Below are positions 25,871 through 37,829 of a stretch of 64,000 nt of DNA, piece after piece. A program made the position numbers and the translations under genes. The DNA is taken from positions 562,132 through 626,131 of the forward strand of contig NW_024055462.1 of assembly GCF_902713615.1 (NCBI RefSeq), read 5' to 3'. Each line of letters begins with the position of its first letter. The first letter of the stretch is position 1. This DNA is from Scyliorhinus canicula. Its lineage: Eukaryota. Below the pieces are notes generated by a model. The model made no database searches. It was not told the origin of the DNA and saw nothing but the letters and a program-made list of their open reading frames with translations.

Positions 25871-26272
25871 AGCATAGTTTTGGTATCAATATTACTATTT
25901 ATGAAGCACAAGGTCGAGTTTGCTTTGCCATCCATTCTCATTAGTGTGACTTGTAGATATACAAAATCCCTCTTCGCCTCTTTCTCTCTCCTCCCAAAGA
26001 GGCCAGTTGGGTTTTTTTGACAATCCAGCAATTTTCATGGTCACTTTTTCCCAGTGCCGGCCCCACAAATGACCAGATTCATTCAGCTCAATTTCGCAAC
26101 CTGCCTTTGTGTTTTTGTGGGTTCTTTCTCATTCCCTATTTTCTGTTTTGAATCCATTTCACAGGGTGTTCGAAGGGGAGGATTCAAAGTCCGGAAACTC
26201 AAACCAAGCATCACATCAGGATCTGACAGAGCCCTCAATTTATCATATCCTGAATATCATTGTACTTTGAAC

Positions 26273-27394
26273 ATGGAAGGAAAAAGCATTGTTCACAGTG
26301 GGGAGAAACCGTACACGTGTTGTGTGTGTGGACAAGGATTCAGTCAATCATCAGGCCTCACAAGCCACAGATGCAGTCACACGGAGGGGAAACCGTGGAA
26401 ATGTGTGGACTGTGGGAAAGGATTCACTTCCCCATCCCAGCTGGAAACTCATCGACGCAGTCACACTGGGGAGAGACCATTCACCTGCTCCAAGTGTGGG
26501 AAGGGATTTACTCAGTCATCCACTCTGTCCATACACCAGCGAGTTCACACTGGGGAGAGGCCATTCACCTGCTCCAAGTGTGGGAAGGGATTCATTAAGT
26601 CATCCGCCCTGCTTAGTCACCAGCGAGTTCACACTGGGGAGAGACCATTCACCTGCCCCAAGTGTGGGAAGGGATTCACTGAGTCATCCGCTGTGTCCAG
26701 ACACCAGCGTGTTCACACTGGGGAGAGACCATTCACCTGCTCAGAGTGTGAGAAAGGATTCAGTGATTCATCGGCCCTACGGAACCACCAGCGAATTCAC
26801 ACTGGGGAAAGGCCATTCACCTGCTCAGAGTGTGGGAAGGGATTTACTATTTCAGCCCACCTGCTGAGTCACCAACGAGTTCACACTGATGAGAGACCGT
26901 TTCAATGTCCAGACTGTGGGAAGCGCTATAAAAGTTCTGGGAATCTGATGAACCATCAAGGTGTTCACACCGACGAGAGACCGTTTAGGTGCTCTTACTG
27001 CGGGACTGGATTCAGACGATCATGTGACCTCGCTGTACATCAGCGAATTCACACTGAGGAGAGGCCATTCACCTGTGCCGAGTGTGGGAAGGGATTCACT
27101 CAGTCATCCAATCTGTCCACACACCAGAGAATTCACACTGGGGAGACGCCATTCACCTGTGCCGAGTGTGGGAAGGGATTCACTCAATCATCCGCCCTGT
27201 CCACACACCAGCGAGTTCACACTGGGGAGAGACCGTTCACCTGCTCCAAGTGTGGGAAGGGATTCACGCAGTCATTCGCTCTGTTCACACACCAGCGAGT
27301 TCACACTGGGGAGAGGCCATTCACCTGCTCACAGTGTGGGAAGCGATTCACCACTTCACCCAACCTGCTGAGACACCAACGAGGCCACAAGTAA
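26273..27394 (+). CDS. C2H2 zinc-finger gene F, intact, 373 aa, 13 fingers, no effector domain visible
   Basis: ATG of [14 protein letters not shown] at 26273; 13 complete fingers; acceptor TTTCACAG|G at 26165; AATAAA 27516-27521. Confidence 0.9.
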   Translation: MEGKSIVHSGEKPYTCCVCGQGFSQSSGLTSHRCSHTEGKPWKCVDCGKGFTSPSQLETHRRSHTGERPFTCSKCGKGFTQSSTLSIHQRVHTGERPFTCSKCGKGFIKSSALLSHQRVHTGERPFTCPKCGKGFTESSAVSRHQRVHTGERPFTCSECEKGFSDSSALRNHQRIHTGERPFTCSECGKGFTISAHLLSHQRVHTDERPFQCPDCGKRYKSSGNLMNHQGVHTDERPFRCSYCGTGFRRSCDLAVHQRIHTEERPFTCAECGKGFTQSSNLSTHQRIHTGETPFTCAECGKGFTQSSALSTHQRVHTGERPFTCSKCGKGFTQSFALFTHQRVHTGERPFTCSQCGKRFTTSPNLLRHQRGHK

Positions 27395-27525
27395 TCACAG
27401 TGATTGGATTTTGCTGTTCCTCACATTCGGGACTGAACCATGTTCATTTGGGTCTCTTTCTGCTGATAACAAACTCCAGCCCATTTACAAGGGCTAATAT
27501 TCTGGTTAAAAGTCAAATAAATTGT

Positions 27526-30500
27526 CTTCCGGTGGTGTTCGTGAGCGGAGCGGCTGCGTTGAGGAGAAGCTCCTGCCGGTCCACGATATCGCGGTCTTTT
27601 TCGGGGGGCTTCCCGCTGTTTAAAAAAAAATTAAACTTCTCCAGGGCGGCCCTGCCTCCCTCGCCCAAGCTTCAAAGCTCCATTTGACGAAGCCGGAGGG
27701 TTGGAAGGGTGAGGGGGGGAAGAGACTGGTCCCAGTGGGTTCGGCAGAGCGGCTGCACGTGGAGGAGGAATGGGACAACCTGAAAGCCGGACCTGAAAAT
27801 TTGAAAGGAGTAGCGGGGCGGAGCCAAAGGGGGGCCGAGGCGGCAGGCCCGAAGCCAGGGTGTGATGTAGGTGAGATTTCCCACATCGGATCGCTCCCGC
27901 CTCGAATATGGAAAGAAGACTGAAGCCCGGTCCCAGGGAAATTCTGGAGAACTACAAAAAAGAAGAGAAAAAAGTTTTAAAGAAATGTGGTTAAAGTTTT
28001 TTTCCCCCTGTTTTTTCTAAAAGAAGAAAAATTTCATGTTTTTTCTATTTAAAAAAAAAAGAGGATTGAAGAAGGAAAGGGTGGGAAAAAAAAGGAAAAA
28101 TAATAATCTGTTAAAGGATGCGAAAAGCAGCGTTGAGGAAGGGTGGCTCACCGTTGAATGTGAAGACGAGCAAAAGTGCGAACAAGATGGCGGAGGCCGG
28201 ACCACATGGTGGGGCCGCACTACTTATGGTGATGAAAATGACCGAGGTGATGGCGGTGGAGCTGGAAAAGCTATTTGTGAGGCACATGGAGGCTTTGAGG
28301 AAGGACATGGCATTGAAGTCATTGGTGGAGGATGTAATCGCCCCGGTGAGGGTGGCTGTGGCAAAGACATCGGCCGAGGTGAGAGAGCAGGGCAAGAAGA
28401 TTAAGGAGGTGGAGGAGGCCCTGTCGCAGCACAGCGACCAGGTCACCTCGATGGGGGACGAGCTGCGGAGGGTGGTGGAGGTCAACAGAGGACTCCAAGC
28501 AAAGCTCGAGGACTTGGAGAACCGCTCGAAATGGCACAGTCTGAGAATTGTGGGCCTGCCCGAAGGGACAGAGGGCCCAAGGCCAACAGAATACTTCGCT
28601 AAGAGGTTGGCGGAGTTGATGAGGGAGGGTGAGAACCCCTCCCGGTACGAGCTGGACCAAGCTCATCGGTCATTAAGGCCGAAGCCCAAAGGGAATGAGC
28701 TGCAAAGAGCAGTAATTATCTGCTTCCATAAGTACTGCATGAAGGAGAAGGTGTTAAGCTGGGCGAAACAGAAGCGCGAGGTGCAGTGGGATTCTGTCTG
28801 AGTTCGGATCTACCAGGACTTGACAGTGGAGTTGGCAAAAAGACGAGTGGCGTTCAGGCGAGTGAAGGCAGCGCTGTACAAGGGGCTGCGATTTGGTATG
28901 GTGTACCCGGCGAAGCTGAGGGTGACGTATGATGCCAAAGACTTTTATTTTGAGACAGCGGAGGCGGCTGAGGCGTTCGTGAGGGTAGAAGGCTTGGTAG
29001 ACAGACGTGAGGAGGGGAGCTGAAAGAGAGACTGTGGACTGTGATTGGTGAGCTGGAAAATGTATAAATGCTATAACTTTCATTTCACTGAAGTGTATTG
29101 TAATTTACTTCTCTTCACATTGTTGCAGAGTTCAAGTTATTGGTTGAGTTGTTTGGCATTCTGTGTTGCGACGGTTAGATCTTATTTTAGTGAATTGTAT
29201 GGGTTGGCTCGTTGGTTTTGTTTTTTCTTGCTCTGGGACTGGGTGGGAGGGGACGATATATCCCCGCGCTAGCTAACGGAAGTCGGCTGGTGATCGGAGG
29301 TGAGAGGAGGGCTGCGGACATTGGAGCCTGGTTGGCAGGTTTCGATGGGCCGACGAGGCGAGCGGGGGAGGGATTGATGCTGGGAGATGTTTTTTTGAGA
29401 GGAAATGTAGGGGGGGGGGGCGTTTGGGAGGGGGGGGGGAAGGCATTCGATGTTAATAATGGATAGGGGCGGGTCATGCTAATGGGGCAGGGCCAGGTGG
29501 TATGATAATGGTGGTTAAGAAGTGGGGGGGGGGGGGGGCGGCATTGAGAGACCCCCAGTAAGGATAGACACGTGGAACATGAGGGGATTAGGAGATCCGG
29601 TCAAGAGGTTAAGGGTGCTTGCGCATCTTAAAAGTTTGCAAGCCGATGTGGCAATGCTGCAGGAGACTCACTTGAGTCTGAAGGCTCAGGTGAGACTTAA
29701 AAAGGACTGGATTAGTCAGGTGTTTCACTCTGGATTTGATGGAAGGGCTTGAGGGGTAGCGGTGTTGGTCAGCAAAAGGGTACGCTTCCAGCTGGAGAAG
29801 GTGGTGGCAGATAAGGGGGGTAGATATGTGATTGTGACAGGGGCGCTGGAGGGGGGGTTAGTGGCGCTGTTAAGTGCATACGGTCCCAACTGGGACAATG
29901 CGGGATTTGCGAGGAAGGTGTTTGGGGCCATTCCCGACTTGGACACACACAAGCTGATTGTGGGGGGGGACTGGAACCTGGTGCAGGAGCCACGGTTGGA
30001 CAGATCACGGCCGCGCTCGCTGGTCCCATCAGGGGGTGCGAAGGCGTTGGCTGGGCTAATGGAGGAAATGGGAGGGGTGGACCCTTGGACGTTTCTGCAC
30101 CCGAGGGAACGGGAAAACTCGTTTTTCTCAGCAGTCCATAAGGTACATTCGCGGATCGAGTTTTTCGTGGTGGGGAAGGCTTTGTTGGCTGGGGTTAAGG
30201 GGTCGGAACACTCGGCAATTGCAGTGTCAGATCATGCTCAGCATTGGGAGGATATGATACTGGAGAAGGGGGTAGCGCAGAGGCCGGGGTGGAAACTGGA
30301 TGTGGGGCTTTTGGGGAACCAAGTGTTCTGTGAGAAAATTGAAAAAGTAATTAAGGAATATATTGGTTTCAACTGTACGGGTGAGGTGCCGAAGGCAGTT
30401 GTCTGGGAGGCTCGAAAGGCGGTGGGGAGGGGTGAGGTAATTTCATTTAAGGCCAGGGTGGACAAAGAGGCGAGGTTGGAGCAGCAGAGGGTAATAGATG

Positions 30501-33046
30501 AGATGTTGGAGGCAGATAGGAGTTATGCAGAAGATGGGGACCCAGCGAAGCTGGAAAAGAGGAAGAAACTACAGGCGAGCTTCGACCGACTGTCCACCAG
30601 GAAGGCGGTGTGCCAACTGAGATGAGCAAGGGGTGCAGTTTATGAACATGGAGATAAGGCGTATGTTAGCAGGTCAGCTCTGGAGGGAAGCAGCGGCAAG
30701 GGAAATTCTTCAGGTGAGGGGTAGGGCAGGGAAGTTGGTAGTGGCCCCGGAGCTGAATAACAAGGTTTCTGAGTTTTATGAGAGGTTGTACAGGTCACAG
30801 CCACCCGAGGGAGACCGTGAGATGCAGGAAGCTGGCAGGGCCGGATGGGTTTCCGGTGGAATATTATAAAAAAATCTAAGGATAAGTTGGCACCCCTGAT
30901 GGTAGGGATGTTTGAAGAGGCGATAGGGAAGGGGGTGTTGCCACAAACCTTGGGGCAGGCATTGACTTCACTGTTGCTAAAAAAAATAAGGATCCGATGA
31001 AGTGTGGGTCGTATAGGCCCATATCACTTCTGAATGTGGATGCAAAAGTATTGGCGAAGGTACTGGCGGGTATTTGGGTCTTTCTCGGGGTACAAGCTGA
31101 ACCTGGACAAGAGTGAGTATTTTGTGGTGTCTCGGCCGGGGGTGGGGGGGCTGCAATTCCGTAGGGAAGGGACTCACTTTGGGTATCTGGGGGTGCAGGT
31201 TGCCCGGGAGTGGGGGAGACTTCGCAGGTACAACATCACTAGTTTGGTGGGGAGAGTGAAAGCTGACCTGGCGAGGTGGGATGGTCTCCCTCTGTCACTG
31301 GCGGGTCGGGTACAGGTGGTTAAAATGAATGTGTTGCTGCGATTTCTGTTTATTTTTCAATGCCTACCGATTTGCCTCCCAAAGGCTTTTTTCAGGGAGA
31401 TTGAGGGAAGGATTACCTCGTTCATATGGGGAGGGAAGGTGGCCAGAGTTAGAAAGGTGCCGCTGCAGAGGGGAAGGCAGGCAGGGGGTTTGGGTCTCCT
31501 GAATCTGATGTACTACTACTGGGCGGCGAATGTGGAGAAGGTGCGGAGCTGGGTCAGAGGGGTTGATTCCCAGTGGGTCAGAGTGGAGGAGAGTTTGTGC
31601 AGGGGGTCGGGACTAAAAGCACTAGCAACAGCGCCGCTCCCGATAGCTCCGGGGAAATACTCAGGGAGTCCGGTCATAATAGCTTCATTGAGAATTTGGA
31701 GGCAGTTTCTCCAACACTTCGGGTTGGGGGCAGGGTCAAGGGAAATGCTGATTCGGGAGAACCACAGATTTGAGCCAGGGAAGTGGGATGCAAGTTTTCG
31801 GAAATGGGAAGAGAAGGGGATTAAGACGCTAAAAGATTTGTTTCTTATGGGTCGGTTTGCAGGAGGGAGCTGGAAGCGAAGTATGGGCTGGAGCAGGGAA
31901 AAATGTTCAGATACATGCAGGTTCGAGATTTTGCCAGGAAGGAGATACAGAGCTTCCCGGAGGAACCGGCCTCCACATTGCTGGAGGAGGTGCTGACGAC
32001 AAGGGGACTGGAGAAGGGGGTAGTGTCAGCGGTGTATGGAGCTATTTTGGAAGACAATAAGGCACCACTGGAAGGGATCAAAGCAAAATGGGAGAAAGAG
32101 TTGGGAGAGGTTATAGAGGAGGGGGTCTGGTGTGAGGTGCTCCGGAGAGTGAATGCCTCCACCTCGTGTACAAGGTTGGGGCTGATACAGCTGAAGGTGG
32201 TGTACAGAGCGCACCTCACGAGGGCGAGGATGAGCCAATTCTTTGAAGTAGAATATGTGTGTGAGTGTTGGGGGAATGGGGGGGGGGGAGGGGGGGAGGG
32301 GCTAATCACATTCAGATGTTTTGATCCTGTCCAAAGCTGGAGGAGTACTGGAAGGAGGTTTTTAGGGTAATTTCCAAGGTGGTGAAATTGGACCTGGGTC
32401 CTCGGGAGGCCATGTTCGGAGTGTCAGACCAGCCAGGGTTGGAAATGGGTGGCAGATATCGTAGCCTTCGCCTCATTGATCGCCCGAAGGTGGATCCTGC
32501 TGGGATGCAGTGCGGCCTCTCCACCCTGTGCCCTGGCGTGGCAGGGGGACCTGTTGGAATACTTGACCCTTGAGAAGGTTACGTTTGAACTGAGGGGAAG
32601 CTCAGAGGGGTTCTACAAGTCATGGGCATTATTCATTGTGCACTTTCAAGAACTGGATAACATCGAACATTAGTTGGGGGGGATGGGTGGGGGGGGGGGG
32701 GATGGGTGGGGGGGGAGGGGGATGGGTGGGGGGGGGGAGGGGGATGGGTGGGGGGGGGAGGGGGATGGGTGGGGGGGGGATGGGTGGGGGGGGAGGGGGA
32801 TGGGTGGGGGGGGGATGGGTGGGGGGGAGGGGGGCTGTGGATATTAAGGATGACTATGGATAATCCCCAATTCTTTTTTGTCCTTTGTTTATGTTAACAT
32901 GCGGGCTGATGTTTGGGGGTTGGTGGGAGGATGGGATCGTTGTTATTGTTATGGGATTGACCATCTGTTGCTGATTATTGTTTATTGTTGGTGGGTGTAG
33001 TTTCAGGAGAGAGTGTGAAAAAGGAGAATAAAAATAATTTTTTTTA
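27526..33046 (+). mobile_element. Near-full-length but defective L1/Tx1-clade LINE (5'UTR, ORF1, ORF2 endonuclease, RT with core deleted, 3'UTR)
   Basis: ORF1 ~28187-29023 (LEDLENRSKWHSLRIVGLPEG; in-frame TGA at 28799); endonuclease WNMRGL..MLQETHL ~29570-29670; YRPISLLNVDAKVLA joins directly to FSGYKLNLDKSE at ~31070; AAATTGT flanks at 27519-27525 and 33047-33053. Confidence 0.92.
32672..32835 (+). repeat. Poly-G / (GGGATGGGTGGGGGGGG)n expansion in the L1 3'UTR
   Basis: Direct reading. Confidence 0.85.
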
Positions 33047-33424
33047 AAATTGTGTAATAACCAAGGCGTTGACACCATTTTGAATACTGTGAGATACTCC
33101 AGACACACCATATGCACAATTATTTGTTGTAAAACACAGCGAGTTGTTGTGATTTAGAATGCACTGTCTATAAATGGTGCTGGAATCTCATTGCACTGTA
33201 ACTTCCAAAAGGGAAGTTGATGCATTCTGAAAAAAACCCAAAATAGTCGAACTCTGGGATTAAATGGGTCGCTGTACAAAGAGCTGGCACGGGGAAAATA
33301 GGCCAATTAGACTTCTCAGTGCTCTAGGAGCCTTGTGTACATGTAAAGGGAGTGGTAACAACCTGGAACCTACTGCCTAGGAGCGTAGGTGATGCAGAAA
33401 TTACAGAAGGATTTCAATACGAAA

Positions 33425-33790
33425 TTGGACGGGCACTGAGAGAAATAAACACACAGCGATTGGACAGGCACACAGAGAAATAAACCCACAGGGATTGGAC
33501 AGGCACGCAGAGAAATAAACCCACAGCGATTGGACAGGCACGCAGAGAAATAAACCCACAGCCATTGGAGGGGCACACAGAGAAATAAACCCACAGGGAT
33601 TGGAGGGGCACGCAGAGAAATAAACCCACAGGGATTGGACAGGCACGCAGAGAAATAAACCCACAGCGATTGGACAGGCACGCAGAGAAATAAACCCACA
33701 GGGATTGGACAGGCACGCAGAGAAATAAACCCACAGTGATTGGAGGGGCACGCAGAGAAATAAACCCACAGGGATTCGGGGACAGATTGG
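33425..33790. repeat. Minisatellite, 35-bp unit x ~10 (GATTGGACAGGCACGCAGAGAAATAAACCCACAG[G/C])
   Basis: Direct reading; merges into a CR1/SINE-type tail at ~33790-33870. Confidence 0.95.
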
Positions 33791-34582
33791 GGCAATGGAC
33801 AGACTGGATTCCTAAACAGAGAGCTGACATGGTCCCAAAGGGCTGAATGGCCCCATTCCCCACCCTCCACATGCTGTGATCTCAGGAGAGAATTTCAGCT
33901 GCTCCAGTCACTCCAACTGGAGTCCCTCATCACTGGTGCCTTTCTCGTAAATGTCCTCTACCCCTCTCTAAGAACTTCACATCTTTCCCAAAGTGTGGGA
34001 CCCATATATAGGTTTCTATTCTAAAGGGTAGAATTGATAAGCCCATGTTAGACTACACTGGGAGCACTTTCAACATTGTTGATCTCCATTCACAAAAAGG
34101 AGAGGCACTGGATAAGGTGCAACAAAGATTCATAATATACTGACAGCATTTAACACTCAGGAAAGGCTGGGGCTGCTTTTTTCTGGAAAAGAGAAGACTG
34201 ATGGGTGACCTAATGGAAATCTTTAAGATTATGAAGAAATTCAATAATCCAATAGGAAGGTCAGTAGAAACCTCTTTACCCAGAGTGTGGTGGGAATGTG
34301 GAACTCGTTACCACAGCGAGTGGTTGAGGTGAACAGCATGAATACACTGAACATAAAGCTAGATACATACATGAGGGACACATGAGGGAAAAAGAATAGA
34401 AGGAGATGCTGATGGGGGGGGGGGGGGGGGGGGGGTTTATAGAGGGGTGGGTGGAGGATCATGTGGAGCATAAATACTGACACAGACCATGGCTAACCTC
34501 AGCCGGTATGGGAATTTAACCTGTGCTGTTGGTGTCACTCAGCACGGACCAGACATCCAGTCAACTGACCTAACCGAAGAGC

Positions 34583-34780
34583 AGCACAGTGGCACAGTGG
34601 GTAGCACTGCTGCCTCACGGCTCCGAGGTCCCGAGATCCCAGCTCTGCGTCACTGTCCGTGTGGAGTTGGCACATTCTCCCCGTGTTTGCGTGGGTTTTG
34701 CCCCCACAACCCAAAGATGTGCAGGGTAGGTAAATTGGAAATAATGAATTGGGTACTCTAAAATTATAACATAAAAAGAA
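34583..34780 (+). mobile_element. Short SINE family A variant
   Basis: Head and core present, short AT-rich tail; similar variants at 42968-43200 (-) and 47765-47943 (-). Confidence 0.7.
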
Positions 34781-35265
34781 ACTGACCTAACCGATCCCCG
34801 TGCAAATCTGTAATAATTCCTCAAATATCAGTGATTGCCTGTCTCCCACCATACTATTTAATGTAGTTTCCCAGTGCACCTCAGATATCTTGCCCATCAT
34901 AACCTGATAGTTTTATTCTGTGAGAAGCACCAAGATTAATTATACAAAAGAACCATGTAACCACCATAGCCCATCTTCATGGCAATGTGGCATGATTTCG
35001 GGGGTTTCCAAACAGAAATGGTAATGAAACATCTTCTAACCTTCAAACACCCTTTCACTCTTTGATCCTTGTGAAATGTAAAATCAGATATTTGCAAGAA
35101 AGCTCAGAGAGAATCAGCCCACTGGAGCCAAAGCCGTGAGACTGGCCAATCCAGCAGAAAGAAACCCTCTGACCATCCCCATTGACCAACAGAATGAACA
35201 AAATGCAGTCCTGGATGTAATTGGGAACAGAAACAATAACAGCAGAATCCAATCCCTGTAATCAG

Positions 35266-35395
35266 CTGTGAATTTGTTGGTGTCTCAGAAAGTGCGATGA
35301 ATGACTAAATCTCTTCACACATTGAGGGTAGGTGAATGTCCTCTCCCCAGTATGAACTCCCTGGTGTGACTGCAGATGGCATAATCAAGTGAATT
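35266..35395 (-). pseudogene. ZNF 3' relic: last ~1.5 degenerate fingers plus 3'UTR, homologous to the 3' end of ZNF G
   Basis: ..FT*LCHLQSHQGVHTGERTFTYPQCVKRFSHSSHFLRHQQIHS*; 34780-35260 aligns by eye with 39775-40240. Confidence 0.75.
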
Positions 35396-35689
35396 GCACA
35401 AATATACGTGAACAGGTGTGATATAAGAACATAAGAACTAGGAGCAGGTCATCTGGCCCCTCGAGCCTGCTCCGCCATTCAATCAGATCATGGTTGATCT
35501 TTTGTGGACTCAGTTCCACTTTCCAGCCCGAACACCATAACCCTTAATCCCTTTATTCTTCAAAAAACTATCTATCGTTATCTTAAAACCATTTAACAAA
35601 GGAGCCTCAACTGTTTCACTGGGCAATGAATTCCATAGATTCACAACCCTTTGGGTGACGATGTTCCTCCTAAACTCAGTCCTATAATC

Positions 35690-36490
35690 GGGCTTATGGA
35701 TACATGGCTACAGGATGAGCAGGGATGGGAACTGAATATATTCAGCATTTGGGAAGGACAGCCAAAACGGGAAAGGCAGTGGAGTGGCAGTGCTGGATAA
35801 AGAGGAAATTAATGCAATAGTGAGGAAGGATATTAGCTCTGACAATGTGGAATCTGTATGGGGAGAGCTGAGAAACACCAAGAGGCAAAAAGATTCGTGA
35901 GCATCGTATATAGATCCGCAAACTGCAGTGGTGATGTTGGGAATGGCATAAAACAGGAAATTAGGCTGATACTAAAATTTTCTGTAGGTGTGTGAAGAGA
36001 AAAAGATTGGTGAAGACAAATGTAGGTTCCTTTCAGTCAGAAACGGGAATGTATAATAGGGACAAAGAAATGGCTGAGAAAATAAATACATACTTTGGTT
36101 CTGTCTTCACAAATGAGGGCACAAATCAGATAGAGAAATGTTGGGGAACGCAGGATTTAGTGAAAGGGAGGAACTGAAGGAGATCAATATTAGTAAAGAA
36201 ATGATGTTGGGGAAATTGATGGGATTGGAGGCTGATAAATCCCCAGGGCCTGACAATCTGCATCCCAAAGTACTTAAAGAAGTGGCTCGAGAAATAGTGG
36301 ATGCATTGGTGGTCATCTTCCAGGATTCTATAGACCCTGGAACAATTCCTGCAGATTGGAGTGTGCCTTATGTAATTCCACTGTTTAAAAAGGGATACAA
36401 AGAGAAAACAGGGAATTATCGACCAGTAAGCCTGACATCGGTAGTGGGGGAAAGTCTAGAATCCATTGCCAAAGATTTTGTAGCAAAGCA
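35690..36490 (+). mobile_element. CR1-type LINE ORF2 fragments
   Basis: KLMGLEADKSPGPDNLHPKVLKEVA..YRPVSLTS in ORF 36138-36497. Confidence 0.85.
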
Positions 36491-36838
36491 TTTATAATAA
36501 TAATCTTTATTGCCACAAGTAGGCTTACCCCACCCCTGATTAGTTGGAGGTCCATTTCACAAGTCAGGCCTCCAATACCTTCCCGTCTATTAGTGAACAG
36601 GCCCCTTTATTCTCAGCTAAATTCAGCCCTCAGCTCCATCACCTGGCTGCCTTTGACACGAGCAATAGAAACAGAACGGTACCCGATGCTCAAATCTGAA
36701 GTAACATTTTGTGGATTAGGACTTCCATAAATGTCAGCAACTTCTTTAAAAGAAATTGAATTCCCAGTCAACAAATGAAAGAATCACACAATGGACCTTT
36801 AGGTTTTATGACTTTTAATGCATCAAACTGTTACATGT

Positions 36839-36911
36839 GGGCCAGTGGCGCAATGGATAATGCGTCTGACTACGAATCAGGAGATTCGAGGTTCGATTCC
36901 TGGCTGGCTCG
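36839..36911 (+). tRNA. trnar-acg: tRNA-Arg(ACG), degenerate (gene or pseudogene)
   Basis: GGGCCAGTGGCGCAATGGATAATGCGTCTGACTACGAATCAGGAGATTCGAGGTTCGATTCCTGGCTGGCTCG; 5 differences from the vertebrate Arg-ACG sequence as I recall it; anticodon 36872-36874; TTTT at 36922-36925. Confidence 0.85.
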
Positions 36912-36927
36912 GTGTTCAAACTTTTAT

Positions 36928-37262
36928 GGGCTGGACGGTAGCATGGTGGTTAGCACAATTGCTTCACAGCTCCAGGGTCCCAGGTTCGGTTCCCGGCTTG
37001 GTTCACTGTCTGTGCGGAGTCTGCACGTTCTCCCGTGTGTGCGTGGGTTTCCTCCGGGTGCTCCTGTTTCCTCCCACAGTCGAAAGATCTGTAGGTTAGG
37101 TGAACTGGTCATGTGCCTTAGTGTCCAAAATTGCCCTTAGTGTTGGGTTGGGCTACTGGGTTATGGGTGGAAGGTGGGATTGGGTAGCGTGCTCTTTCAA
37201 AGAGCCGGTACCGGGGCAGACTCGATGGGCCGAATGGCCTCCTTCTGCACTGTAAAGTCTAT
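36928..37262 (+). mobile_element. SINE family A directly downstream of the tRNA
   Basis: Full copy starting 17 bp after the tRNA. Confidence 0.9.
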
Positions 37263-37829
37263 GTTTCAAACAAACTAGAAGATATTTTAACCTACACACA
37301 GAACTTTGCTCTTTTTTAATAATAATAATCTTAATTATTTTCACAAGTAGGCTGACATTAACACTGCAATGTTACTGTGAAAGTCCCTGACTCGCCACAG
37401 TCGAGCGCCTGTTCGGGTACTCAGAGGGAGAATTCAGGACGCCAAATTCATCTAACAAGCACATCTTTTGGGAGGAAACCGGAGCATCCGGAGGAAACCT
37501 ACCCAGACACGGGGAGAACGTGCAGACTCTGTACAACAGTGACCCAAGTGGGACTCTAACCTGGGACCCTGGCGTTGTGAAGCAACAGTGCTTACCACTG
37601 TGTTACTGTACTAAAGTTACGCAATCTAAATTCAAACTGTACAATTATGGTTACTCTGCCCTGCAAGTCGAAACTGAATTATCTCAGAACCAGTCCTAAT
37701 TAATGAGTCATTTCCGAGGATTTACTTCCGTTCTTTTCACTGTCAGGCAGCCTTTAATCCCAGAACTGTCTTTCACGCTGAAAGGTTAGCCAGCTGCCAG
37801 AAAACCGAGAGTAGGCATAAATAGGCCAT

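Noticed and set aside
26054-26272. N-terminal extension of ZNF F in the ORF track ([10 protein letters not shown]...)
   Set aside because: Starts at GTG inside intron sequence that includes the polypyrimidine tract and acceptor; the same intron text appears before D (ORF 17385-17576).
26260-27687. Long overlapping ORFs in other frames of the ZNF genes (also around 40381-41148 and 3705-4268)
   Set aside because: Shadow frames of the 84-bp finger repeat.
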